A stretch of 60,069 nucleotides of DNA from a virus (taxonomy: Duplodnaviria > Caudoviricetes). The DNA is taken from positions 1 through 60,069 of IMG/VR virus record IMGVR_UViG_3300017752_000010; one strand, written 5' to 3'. How positions within the stretch are numbered: position 1 is the stretch's first letter; every line of letters starts with the position of its first letter. Positions 1-9,908 of this stretch are shown here, one piece after another. The translations under genes and the position numbers were made by a program. The notes under the pieces are model-generated. The model saw nothing but the letters and a program-made list of their open reading frames with translations, did not search any database and was not told where the DNA came from.

Positions 1-216
1 GAACGTTTTGGTAAGTTAAGTAACACAAGTACCAAACTAGAAGTATATGAAAAACACTTTCCAAATCTCATGCAAAGATATAAAAAAGATGGTTTTGAAA
101 TGCTTCAACACTTAGACACAGAACTAAGACCTGAATTAATTAAATTATATGGGCAGTACAGTCAAGAATATAAAATTGACTATGAAGATCTAATAAGGAA
201 ACTAAGACATGGCTAA
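1..216 (+). CDS. C-terminal fragment of an upstream protein (possibly asparagine-synthetase-like)
   Basis: Frame 1 is open from base 1 to TAA at 214-216 (ERFGKL...KLEVYEKHFPNLMQRYKKDGFE...RHG*) and overlaps the next start. The family guess is weak. Confidence 0.55.
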   Translation, partial: ERFGKLSNTSTKLEVYEKHFPNLMQRYKKDGFEMLQHLDTELRPELIKLYGQYSQEYKIDYEDLIRKLRHG

Positions 217-925
217 AAAGATGTTAATTACCGGTGCTAGCAGTGGTATTGGTAAATCTATTGCTGATAAATTTGAAAATTCAGAATATGACATTATTAC
301 AGTTGCAAGAACTGGTGATATGACTGAGAATGGTGACTTAATGGATGCAGAATTTAGACAATATCTAATAGACAAATACAATCCTTACATCTTTGTTAAT
401 AATGCTGGTGCATTTATGAGTGACATTACCCAAACTATGACTTTAAATGTAGTTGCTGCTATGCATCTTTTTGAAGGCTTTTATCAAAAAATGATGAGAG
501 GACATATTATTAATATGAATAGCTTTGGCTCTAAACTTGCTGGTTATCCTGATATGGGTAGAGAAAGAGCAAACTATTATGCTAGTAAAAAATCTTTTTT
601 AGAATTTGTAAGAATGCACGCAAGAAACAAAGAAAGACCCATTCATATTTGCAGTATTATTCCTAGTGTAGTTCGTTCAGGCATGAACGATATGGATGAT
701 ATGTATAAAAACATTCCTCACGATTATGATAAAGTAGATTACAATTCTACTTTTCCTATACCACCTGAGTATTTAGCAGATACGGTTGAATGGATTATCA
801 ATCAACCACCATATGTAGACATTGAAGAACTTGTAGTAACAATGCACAATAAAATAACTTCTTTCAATCCAATGGTAAGTACTAACGTTGGACTAAAGCA
901 GAAATATAAAACAACGAGAAAATAA
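209..925 (+). CDS. short-chain dehydrogenase/reductase (SDR)
   Basis: TGASSGIG Rossmann motif, NNAG motif, catalytic YxxxK (YYASK). Confidence 0.9.
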   Translation: MAKKMLITGASSGIGKSIADKFENSEYDIITVARTGDMTENGDLMDAEFRQYLIDKYNPYIFVNNAGAFMSDITQTMTLNVVAAMHLFEGFYQKMMRGHIINMNSFGSKLAGYPDMGRERANYYASKKSFLEFVRMHARNKERPIHICSIIPSVVRSGMNDMDDMYKNIPHDYDKVDYNSTFPIPPEYLADTVEWIINQPPYVDIEELVVTMHNKITSFNPMVSTNVGLKQKYKTTRK

Positions 926-926
926 T

Positions 927-1640
927 ATGAGACCAAATACTGGAGCAAAAATACCTGTTTTAAATTGGAAAGACGCAGAAGAAGTTTTGTCAAATCCTCA
1001 CTTCTATCATGTGTATAAAATCAAAGCAGATATAGACTTAAGTTTGTATAGAGACCTTTATCAAAAAACCATAGACAAATATGAATTCTATGGCAAAGAT
1101 GGTCTTAACACCTATGACGCCATATCTCTACAATATAATAAAAGCGAAGGCAAAGATCCTTATTCAGACGGTGTAGAATACGGTGGTCTAAATAAAAATG
1201 ATGATGGTGAAATCATCTTTAATCCTAATTCTTTTACAGGTCGTTTAGATGGCGCAAAAGATAGAAGTGATAAGAATGATATTGGAGATATGTGGAAAAT
1301 TTGGTTTGATTACTTAGAAGATAAATTTCCTAATATTCACCTATTTAGAACAAGAATTTTAAGAACAAAACCTGGTCATTCAGCTCCTATGCATATCGAC
1401 GAAGAAGCAAGCAGAATACATTTACCGATCTTTACAAACAAATACAATATTATGTGGTTTCAAGAAACACCTTATTATTTGCCAGCTGATGGAAGCATAT
1501 ACTTGTGTAATACAGGAGCAGTTGCTCATCAATTTGCTAATTTATCAGGTTTTTCTCAGTGGATGGGTGAAGAAATAGCTAGAGTGCACTTAGTTACTGT
1601 GGCAAAACCTAAAAGTAGGATGTATACGAATTGGGCATAA
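927..1640 (+). CDS. 2OG-Fe(II) oxygenase, aspartyl/asparaginyl beta-hydroxylase-like
   Basis: HxD (MHID), RIHLPIFTN, distal His (AHQFAN) and R.HLV strand typical of the AspH-like family. Confidence 0.75.
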   Translation: MRPNTGAKIPVLNWKDAEEVLSNPHFYHVYKIKADIDLSLYRDLYQKTIDKYEFYGKDGLNTYDAISLQYNKSEGKDPYSDGVEYGGLNKNDDGEIIFNPNSFTGRLDGAKDRSDKNDIGDMWKIWFDYLEDKFPNIHLFRTRILRTKPGHSAPMHIDEEASRIHLPIFTNKYNIMWFQETPYYLPADGSIYLCNTGAVAHQFANLSGFSQWMGEEIARVHLVTVAKPKSRMYTNWA

Positions 1641-2425
1641 GAGATACATGGCTGCATAAATTAGATATCGATATAGATATTGATAAACTTCGCCATCAGT
1701 TTGTAAACGAAGTCATGCCACTTGGTGATCCAATAATTCAAGGTGAAACGTATGGTAGTAAATTTGGTGGTTGGGGTGTTCTTACTGGTGACGGTGACTG
1801 GAAGAATGGTATGGTTAGCGGTCAACTTGCATTTGGAGATGATGGCTACGATTTTAAAGCAGCACACGATCATAATATTCATCACGAATTTAACTACAAA
1901 CATAAAACAGAAATATGCACTGGATATATCGAAAAGATCATAGATCAAATTGATGATATGGGATTACATCCAAGAAGAGCTAGATTTACTGTGCTTCAAG
2001 CTGGCGGTGAAAGTACTATACACACAGATGCATTACCAGGTAAATACGCATTGAGATTGCATATTCCACTTATAACAAACGAAGATTGTGTTCATATTGT
2101 GTATGATGAAGATGACAATGTTATTGATGAAGTTAATTTAAAAGCTGATGGATCTGCGTATGTTATGTGGGTAAACAACAGACACCAGATTAAAAACAAC
2201 TCCGATAAAGATAGATATCATTTATTGATGAGCGTTTGGGATACAAAACCTGTTCATGGACCTTTTCATTATCCTCAGAAAAGTATTAACAAGCTAAAAA
2301 TAATGGCTGCTGCTCATGAAAATCAGTTAAAAATTGTGCAGTACAGAAGTGAAAAAGAAAAAAATTGGAATGATCCGAAGACTTATTCGTATTCGTCTAG
2401 CACATCTGCCAAACCAGCAAAATAG
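1631..2425 (+). CDS. 2OG-Fe(II) oxygenase, aspartyl/asparaginyl beta-hydroxylase-like
   Basis: IHTD, LRLHIPLITN, RHQIKNNSDKDRYHL motifs; paralogous to the preceding ORF. Confidence 0.8.
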   Translation: MGIRDTWLHKLDIDIDIDKLRHQFVNEVMPLGDPIIQGETYGSKFGGWGVLTGDGDWKNGMVSGQLAFGDDGYDFKAAHDHNIHHEFNYKHKTEICTGYIEKIIDQIDDMGLHPRRARFTVLQAGGESTIHTDALPGKYALRLHIPLITNEDCVHIVYDEDDNVIDEVNLKADGSAYVMWVNNRHQIKNNSDKDRYHLLMSVWDTKPVHGPFHYPQKSINKLKIMAAAHENQLKIVQYRSEKEKNWNDPKTYSYSSSTSAKPAK

Positions 2426-2802
2426 TATTTAGTTCCAGACTGAGTTTGCAAATCAACAAATTCATCATATGTCATTTCTATAATCTCAAAGTCTACACCA
2501 CCCATACCGCTTTCAATACCATTAGTAATGATTGGTGCTACTACTTCTTGCATTTTTAGTGCAGATTTTTTATCTTTCATTACTCTCCAAGTAACCATAA
2601 CAAAATCACCGTTATCGTTACCCACACTATCTAAAGTTCTTAGAAAGAAAAGCAAAGTATTATCATCAACAAAAGGCTGTTGGCAATTTAGAATATCTGC
2701 AAGTTGGTCTTTTGTAAAATGAGAATAGATATGAAGACCAAATCCTGATTCATCAAGACCTTCGCTTTTGTCTACTGTCATTGTTGTTTTAGATGCCCAC
2801 AT
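2383..2802 (-). CDS. hypothetical protein
   Basis: 139-aa ORF with a GAGG SD and an AATAAATA element upstream; no recognised motif. Confidence 0.6.
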   Translation of the reverse strand: MWASKTTMTVDKSEGLDESGFGLHIYSHFTKDQLADILNCQQPFVDDNTLLFFLRTLDSVGNDNGDFVMVTWRVMKDKKSALKMQEVVAPIITNGIESGMGGVDFEIIEMTYDEFVDLQTQSGTKYYFAGLADVLDEYE

Positions 2803-2805
2803 TTA

Positions 2806-3315
2806 TTATACCTCTTTGTTATTTATTATCTCAGTTAGCTGTTCGTAGGAAAGGTCATAAAACGAAAGTTTAAACATATACCTGTCATACGGTCCATTTT
2901 TCACACCATGCGTGTGGGAGACATTAAGTACAGCTTTATGATACTTACACTTTTCCATACCTTCATCATCAAAAAACATTACATTAGCATTGTGTGCTTC
3001 TCTATCGTGTAACAAACAATTTACAGCACATTGAACTTGATCATCAATATGAGGAGTTAAAATAGAATTTGCTAGTAGTTTGTGGTATAATGTTTTAGGA
3101 GTATATTTTTGAAGACCATAATATTCTATGAATCTTTGTGATTCTTTTAAAGCCACTGGCATATCGTGGGTATGGTCGTATACAACTTCAAAAGGAGATT
3201 TATCAGCGTCTGAATATCTATCGTCTACGTACTTGTCCCAATCTACAAATGAAAAACACTCTTTTTGTAGAGCTTTTTCATCAAATTCAAAGGTGATATC
3301 GGTTACGTTTCTCAT
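2806..3315 (-). CDS. 2OG-Fe(II) oxygenase / cupin-fold protein
   Basis: PHID, HTHGVKN, DRYMFKLS match the double-stranded beta-helix facial triad pattern. Confidence 0.65.
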   Translation of the reverse strand: MRNVTDITFEFDEKALQKECFSFVDWDKYVDDRYSDADKSPFEVVYDHTHDMPVALKESQRFIEYYGLQKYTPKTLYHKLLANSILTPHIDDQVQCAVNCLLHDREAHNANVMFFDDEGMEKCKYHKAVLNVSHTHGVKNGPYDRYMFKLSFYDLSYEQLTEIINNKEV

Positions 3316-3318
3316 GAC

Positions 3319-3342
3319 AATAAATAGTATAGAGTATTTATT
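3319..3342. promoter_or_regulatory. crossed divergent T4-type late promoters (AATAAATA on each strand)
   Basis: AATAAATA at 3319-3326 (+) and TATTTATT at 3335-3342 (-), between divergent starts at 3315 and 3343. Confidence 0.6.
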
Positions 3343-3996
3343 ATGAATTTTGTTTGTTTAAAATGGGGAAAGCGTTACTCTGCTGAGTTTGTTAACAAGC
3401 TCTACGGTATGCTCAAGCGCTATCACACAGACTTTATATTACATTGTGTAACAGAAGATTCTACTGGAATTGATAAGAATGTTCGCATTATTGACTTGCC
3501 TGATTTAGGTGTAGAAAAATGGTGGAACAAAATGATTCTATTCAAAGGAGACTTTGAAGTATCTGACGGTATCTTTCTCGATTTAGATCTTATTTTGCAA
3601 AGTAATTTAGAATTGTTTTACAAACCATCTGAAAATATGAAATTCCTATTTACTGATTGGATAGACCTTGAAGCTTTAGGAAAAATAACATTTGGCGATG
3701 GATACAAATATTGCTCTATAAATTCAAGTGTTTTGTCTTGGAACAAAGACACTCAAAAAGATCATATATGGGAAGACTTTATTTCTAACAAAGAAAAAAT
3801 CCTTTACTTATATAAAGGTATTGATAATTATATAGAAAATAGACACACATATGATTTGTATGAAACAGGAAATGCATACTCATATTGGAATTGCAATGAA
3901 GAATACAGAAAAACACCAATTATTTTGTTCGACTATAAGCAAACAAAACAAGATGAAATTGACAAACCATGGATCCATGAGTTATGGTCAAGCTAA
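3343..3996 (+). CDS. glycosyltransferase-like protein (GT-A fold)
   Basis: CLKWGKRY..E.VNKL N-terminus, WWNK, DxD (FLDLD), NSSV and G.D motifs. Confidence 0.75.
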   Translation: MNFVCLKWGKRYSAEFVNKLYGMLKRYHTDFILHCVTEDSTGIDKNVRIIDLPDLGVEKWWNKMILFKGDFEVSDGIFLDLDLILQSNLELFYKPSENMKFLFTDWIDLEALGKITFGDGYKYCSINSSVLSWNKDTQKDHIWEDFISNKEKILYLYKGIDNYIENRHTYDLYETGNAYSYWNCNEEYRKTPIILFDYKQTKQDEIDKPWIHELWSS

Positions 3997-4105
3997 AAAG
4001 ATTATACGCCAAGGCTATACCATGCATGATTCAGAATTAATTAATGAAGCTCATAGGATTTGTAGTGAAAGATACTTTGAGATGATGCGTAGAGGAAAAA
4101 TATGA
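3977..4105 (+). CDS. small hypothetical protein (42 aa)
   Basis: ATG at 3977 fills the gap between two genes; its stop overlaps the next start (ATGA). Confidence 0.4.
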   Translation: MSYGQAKKIIRQGYTMHDSELINEAHRICSERYFEMMRRGKI

Positions 4106-4782
4106 CATTTCACAGCAATGACATTAGAAATGACAAGTTACTAACTAGATATTATCTAGATAAGTTTCCAATACCTGTGTGGGAATGGTCACGTCAAATG
4201 CAAGAAATTTTGTATAGACATCCTCATAGAGCTGAAGATTTTGCAAGATCTTTTTCTCGAAACCAGTTTGTAGCAAAAACTTGGGCGCTTGAAACTATGC
4301 AAACAATTCCTGCACCAGAGTTAGATGATAATCCAGTCTTCACTATTTGCGGTTCTTGGTATGGAACTATCTTTGTTCCTTTGATCAGATATATTTTTGG
4401 TAATAATACTAAAATGAATCTTGTTGATTTTGATAAAGGTGCACTTGAAATGGCTGGACAACTTCATGGTCACAAAACAATAAAACATTTTCATTTAGAT
4501 TTAAATTGGGATCTACACAGAGTGAAAAGAATGTCAACAGATATTCTTATTAACACATCAATGGAACATCTTTATCCATGGACTAATGAAAGTTTTGGCG
4601 GTAAGCTTTGCGTATTTCAATCTAATAACTTTACACAAGACCATGCTCATATTAACTGCTCTGAAACATTAGAGGAATTTGTAGAAAGTATGAACATGGA
4701 TGAAGTGTATTATAGTGGCGAAATACCTTTTCATGATTTTGACGATTTTCACAAGAGATTTATGGTAATTGGTAGAAAATGA
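4102..4782 (+). CDS. class I SAM-dependent methyltransferase-like protein
   Basis: ICGSWYG glycine loop, acidic LVDFD, INTSMEH, FQSNN. Confidence 0.7.
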   Translation: MTFHSNDIRNDKLLTRYYLDKFPIPVWEWSRQMQEILYRHPHRAEDFARSFSRNQFVAKTWALETMQTIPAPELDDNPVFTICGSWYGTIFVPLIRYIFGNNTKMNLVDFDKGALEMAGQLHGHKTIKHFHLDLNWDLHRVKRMSTDILINTSMEHLYPWTNESFGGKLCVFQSNNFTQDHAHINCSETLEEFVESMNMDEVYYSGEIPFHDFDDFHKRFMVIGRK

Positions 4783-5552
4783 TAAACGTATTTTGCACAA
4801 GATGGGGTGAAAAATATCCTGTTGAATATGTTAACAACCTTTACTTTATGGTAAGAAGACACTTGCCTATGGAATTTAGATTCTTTTGTCAGTGCACTAC
4901 CACAAGAGGTCTTCATCCTAAAATTGAACAATTACCTTTCTTAGAAGATCTTCCTAATTCTACGCCTGAAAAGATGTGGGCATCTCCTGATCATGTAAGA
5001 GGTTTGCCAAGACTTTGGGATAGACCTAAAATGAACTATTGGAAACCCAATGGTTGGGGTATTAAAGGTCAAAAGATAGCTTTTGATTTAGACGTAATTA
5101 TTCAAAAAGATCTTACACCTTTGATAGAACTTCATCAAGATAAAATTCTTTTTGGTAGATCTTGGTGGCATGATATGGACTTAGAGAAAAAACCTAGATG
5201 GAAAAAATGTCATAGCGCAAAAATCAATGGTGGTTGTTTTATGTGGAATGACGAACAAAGTAAACCACTATGGAATGATGCGAAAAGAAATGCTGAAAAG
5301 ATTTATCATATCTATACGGGTGGAACAGACAACTGGCTTTCTGAAAAACACATAGACAAATTTGATTTTATTCCTTCTTCTATGTATTATTCATTTAATA
5401 GAGGATGCGAATGGCCAGATGATATTCAAATGCATAAGCTAAGAGAAGATAAAATAGTTTGTGTGTTTAATTGTGACGTTGGCGATCCATTACATTTTGA
5501 ATTACACGAAGCAGCAAAGGTACAACCATGGGTCAGCAAATATTGGCATTAA
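4779..5552 (+). CDS. glycosyltransferase-like protein (GT-A fold)
   Basis: CTRWGEKYPVEYVNNL, DxD (FDLDV), NGG and GGTD motifs; paralogue of 3343. Confidence 0.75.
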   Translation: MINVFCTRWGEKYPVEYVNNLYFMVRRHLPMEFRFFCQCTTTRGLHPKIEQLPFLEDLPNSTPEKMWASPDHVRGLPRLWDRPKMNYWKPNGWGIKGQKIAFDLDVIIQKDLTPLIELHQDKILFGRSWWHDMDLEKKPRWKKCHSAKINGGCFMWNDEQSKPLWNDAKRNAEKIYHIYTGGTDNWLSEKHIDKFDFIPSSMYYSFNRGCEWPDDIQMHKLREDKIVCVFNCDVGDPLHFELHEAAKVQPWVSKYWH

Positions 5553-6193
5553 GAATTGGGGATAAATATGGCCCTGAGTATGAACACTATTTAAAATCTA
5601 AATTTGACAATATAACATTTATCAATAAACCTTTCTTTACAGAAATGAAACTGCAATGGAACAAAATGTGTGGAATGCGCTTTGACACTGATGAACCTTT
5701 AGTAGTTATAGATATTGATATGCTGTTTATGAATGATTATGAAGATATCATTAATTACCCTATCAAGAAAGGTGAATTTCTTGGAATGAAGTCTTGGTGG
5801 AAAGACACAGAAAAACCAGGCTATTCTTTGAACGGTGGTTTTTACAAGTATTATCCAAAAGATTGCAGATACATATTTGATAAATTCTATAGCGATATAG
5901 ACTATTGGCAGGAATATTACATTAAGAATGGAACAACTGTTGGACCAGTAAATGGTGAACAGTATTTTGTAGAAGATTCTGTAAAAGAAAGATTAGAACT
6001 AAAATTTCTTCCTCAAGAATGGTATGGTAAAATGATTCTTCATCCAACTACTAAATGGTTGGAAGAATGCAACAATGCATATCCAGGTGATTACTTTTAT
6101 AAAGATGGAAAATTTAACGAAGACGTTAAGATTGTTCACTTTCAAAGATCACATTCGCTTCATGAATTATTGCAAACAACTCTACAGGAGTAG
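5528..6193 (+). CDS. glycosyltransferase-like protein (GT-A fold)
   Basis: RIGDKYGPEYE, QWNK, DxD (IDID), LNGG, NGEQ, C-terminal IVHF. Confidence 0.75.
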   Translation: MGQQILALRIGDKYGPEYEHYLKSKFDNITFINKPFFTEMKLQWNKMCGMRFDTDEPLVVIDIDMLFMNDYEDIINYPIKKGEFLGMKSWWKDTEKPGYSLNGGFYKYYPKDCRYIFDKFYSDIDYWQEYYIKNGTTVGPVNGEQYFVEDSVKERLELKFLPQEWYGKMILHPTTKWLEECNNAYPGDYFYKDGKFNEDVKIVHFQRSHSLHELLQTTLQE

Positions 6194-6767
6194 TTGCTTT
6201 TCTAATTCTTGATTTTAGCTCTTTAGACGCGTCTCTTACACTTGGAATATCAAAGACTTCGATCTTCATTCTAAATAGATCTTCATGAGAATAATTCGAT
6301 CCAATGTGAGCTACTGAAATAGATGGTACTTCAACAGGAACTTCTTGAACTACTTCAACAACTCTCTCCACTGTAACTGTTTCTGGATCTTGTTCAACAA
6401 TTACTTCTTGAGTATATTGACCACCTTTAGCTTTCCACTCTAGGTATTCAGCAAAGTCTCTTTCAGTTTCTTCTTCATTAGCGCTGTATAGATTAGTCAT
6501 TTCTTGAATTTGATCAATGTCAAATGTTGCAATCAATTTACTAAACATGCTACCAGGAACAATATTTGTAGAAAGATTTTCGATTCTACCCCAACCTTCA
6601 GAATCAAAGTATGCTGTTTGAACAAGTGTTCTAGATGTATCAGCAAACATAGCATAGATGAAGTTTAATTTACCGTTATTAAACTCTTCTCTTTTTCTTT
6701 GGGCCATAGTAACTTGACCTCTTTTTGGGCCTTGTACTGTTGGTTCGGTTGTATCTTCTGTAGTCAT
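6126..6767 (-). CDS. hypothetical late protein
   Basis: 213-aa ORF with a V/E/P-rich segment; AATAAATA 4 nt upstream of the ATG. Confidence 0.65.
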   Translation of the reverse strand: MTTEDTTEPTVQGPKRGQVTMAQRKREEFNNGKLNFIYAMFADTSRTLVQTAYFDSEGWGRIENLSTNIVPGSMFSKLIATFDIDQIQEMTNLYSANEEETERDFAEYLEWKAKGGQYTQEVIVEQDPETVTVERVVEVVQEVPVEVPSISVAHIGSNYSHEDLFRMKIEVFDIPSVRDASKELKSRIRKATTPVELFAIIHEANVIFESEQS

Positions 6768-6780
6768 GATTTATTTATTC

Positions 6781-7752
6781 CTAACCTATTAGATTAAAAT
6801 AGTATGTGTTTATGTTACTAGCTGATCCATTTGGAGTTGCTGTAGTAGAGTATGTTGGATCAGCAAATGAAAACGATGAGGGCTGACCTGTTTGTTTCTT
6901 ATCTACAAAAGATCCTCTATTAATACCTGTTTGAGTAGTTGATACTGTGTAATTTAAATTGCCATCATCTAATCTTCTACGTAAAACTGGAAGTAAAATA
7001 TTATTTACCAAGTTAGCAGTGATTGCATCGTCTTTTTCTCTTAAAACATTTGCTGTAGAATTCCATCCAACTGGATAAGCTGTAAAAGTTGGAATAGTAG
7101 TTAAAGCTGTTTTTAACCAAAGCTTATAAGTTACCGTGCCTGCAGAATATGTTGTATCTTGAAAGATAGTACCTTTATCAGTCCATGTACCTGCACCACC
7201 ACTTGTAGGCGCAGATGTCGAAATTCTATAAGTTCCTACTTCATCACCACTTTTCATATCTGTAATACATTGAGCAACAATTTCATCATAGATATCAGAT
7301 TCAGCTGCGCCAGCTAATTGAAGTTTTCCAGCTCCAGTATTCCAGTAAAAATAACTATCTGAGTTAAAAGTGCTAGCTGAAGGATAAGATGGAACTCTTC
7401 TATCTTGATAGTAATTATACGTAGTTACAGTATTTGTTCCAGTAGAAGCTTGTGCTGGCCAATCACCAGCGGATGGAGCAGCTGTTCCATCATAAGTAGG
7501 AGTGGTATCGTCAGCGGCATCTAGCGTTCTAGCATTATTATTAGTACTTTGAGTTGCAATGGTATTAGCAGCTGACCCAATTAAAGTATAACCAGTTGCA
7601 CTACCACTTTGAACTAAACCATTTGTAATAGTGCCTGCAGACAAAAGCGCGGCATATCGTGCTCTTAGATTATAACAAATCCGATCTAATTCGGCATCTG
7701 TCATTTCTTTCAAGCCATCATTTCCTGATTTTATCTTAAGTGGTCTAGCCAT
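6781..7752 (-). CDS. putative virion structural protein
   Basis: T/A/G/S-rich 323-aa protein within the structural gene run. Confidence 0.6.
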   Translation of the reverse strand: MARPLKIKSGNDGLKEMTDAELDRICYNLRARYAALLSAGTITNGLVQSGSATGYTLIGSAANTIATQSTNNNARTLDAADDTTPTYDGTAAPSAGDWPAQASTGTNTVTTYNYYQDRRVPSYPSASTFNSDSYFYWNTGAGKLQLAGAAESDIYDEIVAQCITDMKSGDEVGTYRISTSAPTSGGAGTWTDKGTIFQDTTYSAGTVTYKLWLKTALTTIPTFTAYPVGWNSTANVLREKDDAITANLVNNILLPVLRRRLDDGNLNYTVSTTQTGINRGSFVDKKQTGQPSSFSFADPTYSTTATPNGSASNINTYYFNLIG

Positions 7753-7762
7753 ATTATAACCT

Positions 7763-9904
7763 TTACTGTAGTAAGGAACCTGTAATTAGAACAGTGCCAT
7801 TTACATCTTCAATATTTAGAGTTTGCGAGTTAGTAAATGTAGCACCACCGACTGTTAATTCCAAAGATTGCGGAGAAAGTACTGATGTTGAAGATACTAG
7901 TCTCCATTCAGCATATCTGTACGCACCATCTGAATCAAGAGTATTATTTCCAACTTTTGCTGAGTGTTGAACAATATTTAAATTTGATCTTTCAGCAGAA
8001 CTCATACTTAAAGCTTTTGCTTGAGCAGTTGGATCATCAATAAGTGTAGCATCTAGATAGTAAAGCTCTGCAGCTTGCCTACCAGCAAATACTCTTCCTT
8101 TTTCTTGTTGTTTATTAGAAATTTCGATTACAATACCATGAAAATCTGCATCCGAATCAGAATCATGTGGTCTTGGAAGACCAATGTATCTATGTCTATT
8201 ATCGCCTTCAGCTAATGTTAGACCAGATCCATCTGAGTCACCAGTCGATTGAAGGTAAATTTGCATTCCAAAAAGGTCTGAATCGTGTTCAGAATCATAA
8301 CTAACTTTTACAGTATTAAATCCTGCATTACCTAAATCTCCGCCTACATGTGTTTCAGTACCAATAGTTACACCACCATTACCAATTAATCCTTCACTAT
8401 CAGAAATAACAGTTTGTAGCCAACCAAATTCAGTTTTGTTATGAAGAAGATTATAAATCTTCTCAGCAATGGTAGCGTTAGTATCACCAGCTACTAGATT
8501 TAACCTTGAGTCGGTGTCGTCTGAATCTCTATTTTTACCTGGTCCGTAAGGAACATTTAAAGTAAGATTTCCAGCAGGAATTGCAGATGGATCAGCAACT
8601 CCACCACGTCCATACATATTCACTGTAATGATATGTGTTTCTGAATCAACAGCATCAAATCTTGGATTTTTGTTAAATCTATCATCAACCCAAAGAGAAC
8701 CATTATCTACATCAAAACTAGGTGGTGTATTACCAACAACAGCAACGGCGTTCAAAGCAATAATTTCTTCTTCACCAGTAAAATCAGCTGGTCTTAATTT
8801 AAATTTATTAACAAAAGATTGATTGAATTGTTCTTGCGAAACTCCACCAATTAAACCAGTCATATTTTTTAGAACTACTGATTTTCTACCAAACAATAAA
8901 CTATTGCTTATTGAATCAATACCATTTGTTGTTGTATTTAAAGTTTCTCCGATGGATGCAACTCTTGGCGTTGTCTGATCTTCACCAACTGCAACAAATG
9001 TTATTTCAATTCTTGATGCTACACTTCCTTGATCTGAGTCTCTTGTAAAGAAGAAAGTATCGCTATCATTTGGAATAAATTTATACAAAGGTGTAATTGC
9101 TTGATCTACATAGCTTGTAAATGCGAAAGAAGCCTCGACTTCTAGAAGTTTATCACCACCATAAATATACACAATAGATTTATCTACAGAGTCAAGTTCA
9201 GCTTTTACTGTAGAGTCAAGAGATGAAAGCGCAGAATTTGTATTGACAGCATCTCTAATAGCTTTTGCAATTCCTTCTTTTTCAAAATCAGAATCAGCGG
9301 AAATACTAAATTGAATATCGACTACACCACCACCGAATGCTCCACCACCTGCTGCATTCACAGGAGAAATATCTGCATCTACTGTACCATCACTATCATG
9401 TAGAACTCGTTTAGATCTATTAGAGATTGCTAAAGAGGCATACGCATCTGAGTCAAGATTGCGGTGACGGGCTGCAATAGGTGAACTGCTTGGATAGGTA
9501 AAAGCAGCATTAGTAAGCGGTCTTTCGCCTGCATCAGAATCAAGTAAATAACTTTGACGAATTCTAAGTGAGATATTGTTACCAGCTTCGTCTGAATCTA
9601 AAAGTCTGCGAGCAATAACTCTAATCTGTGCACCATTTTGAAACTGCTGACCTGAGATTGAAGAACCTACTAGTCTATTTGCAGGAACATCTCCTGTTTT
9701 AGTAACAATCAATACATCAGAAGTACCATCCGAATCTCTTGTAACAGAAGGTCGTTTAGTATACAACTTTCTGTTAGACAAGTTAATCGCAATTTCGCCT
9801 TCTTCGATCTGATCAGTTTGAGGCTGACCTTCAGCATTTAAACCACTTGATTGAGATCTTCTATGTTGGTATACCGGTCTACCGTTACTAAAATTAATTG
9901 CCAT
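7763..9904 (-). CDS. putative tail fibre / baseplate appendage protein, DS(D/E)-rich
   Basis: N-terminal EGEIAINL..RKLY fibre-like motif; about 17 DS[D/E] motifs by hand count. Confidence 0.65.
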   Translation of the reverse strand: MAINFSNGRPVYQHRRSQSSGLNAEGQPQTDQIEEGEIAINLSNRKLYTKRPSVTRDSDGTSDVLIVTKTGDVPANRLVGSSISGQQFQNGAQIRVIARRLLDSDEAGNNISLRIRQSYLLDSDAGERPLTNAAFTYPSSSPIAARHRNLDSDAYASLAISNRSKRVLHDSDGTVDADISPVNAAGGGAFGGGVVDIQFSISADSDFEKEGIAKAIRDAVNTNSALSSLDSTVKAELDSVDKSIVYIYGGDKLLEVEASFAFTSYVDQAITPLYKFIPNDSDTFFFTRDSDQGSVASRIEITFVAVGEDQTTPRVASIGETLNTTTNGIDSISNSLLFGRKSVVLKNMTGLIGGVSQEQFNQSFVNKFKLRPADFTGEEEIIALNAVAVVGNTPPSFDVDNGSLWVDDRFNKNPRFDAVDSETHIITVNMYGRGGVADPSAIPAGNLTLNVPYGPGKNRDSDDTDSRLNLVAGDTNATIAEKIYNLLHNKTEFGWLQTVISDSEGLIGNGGVTIGTETHVGGDLGNAGFNTVKVSYDSEHDSDLFGMQIYLQSTGDSDGSGLTLAEGDNRHRYIGLPRPHDSDSDADFHGIVIEISNKQQEKGRVFAGRQAAELYYLDATLIDDPTAQAKALSMSSAERSNLNIVQHSAKVGNNTLDSDGAYRYAEWRLVSSTSVLSPQSLELTVGGATFTNSQTLNIEDVNGTVLITGSLLQ

Positions 9905-9908
9905 TGTT

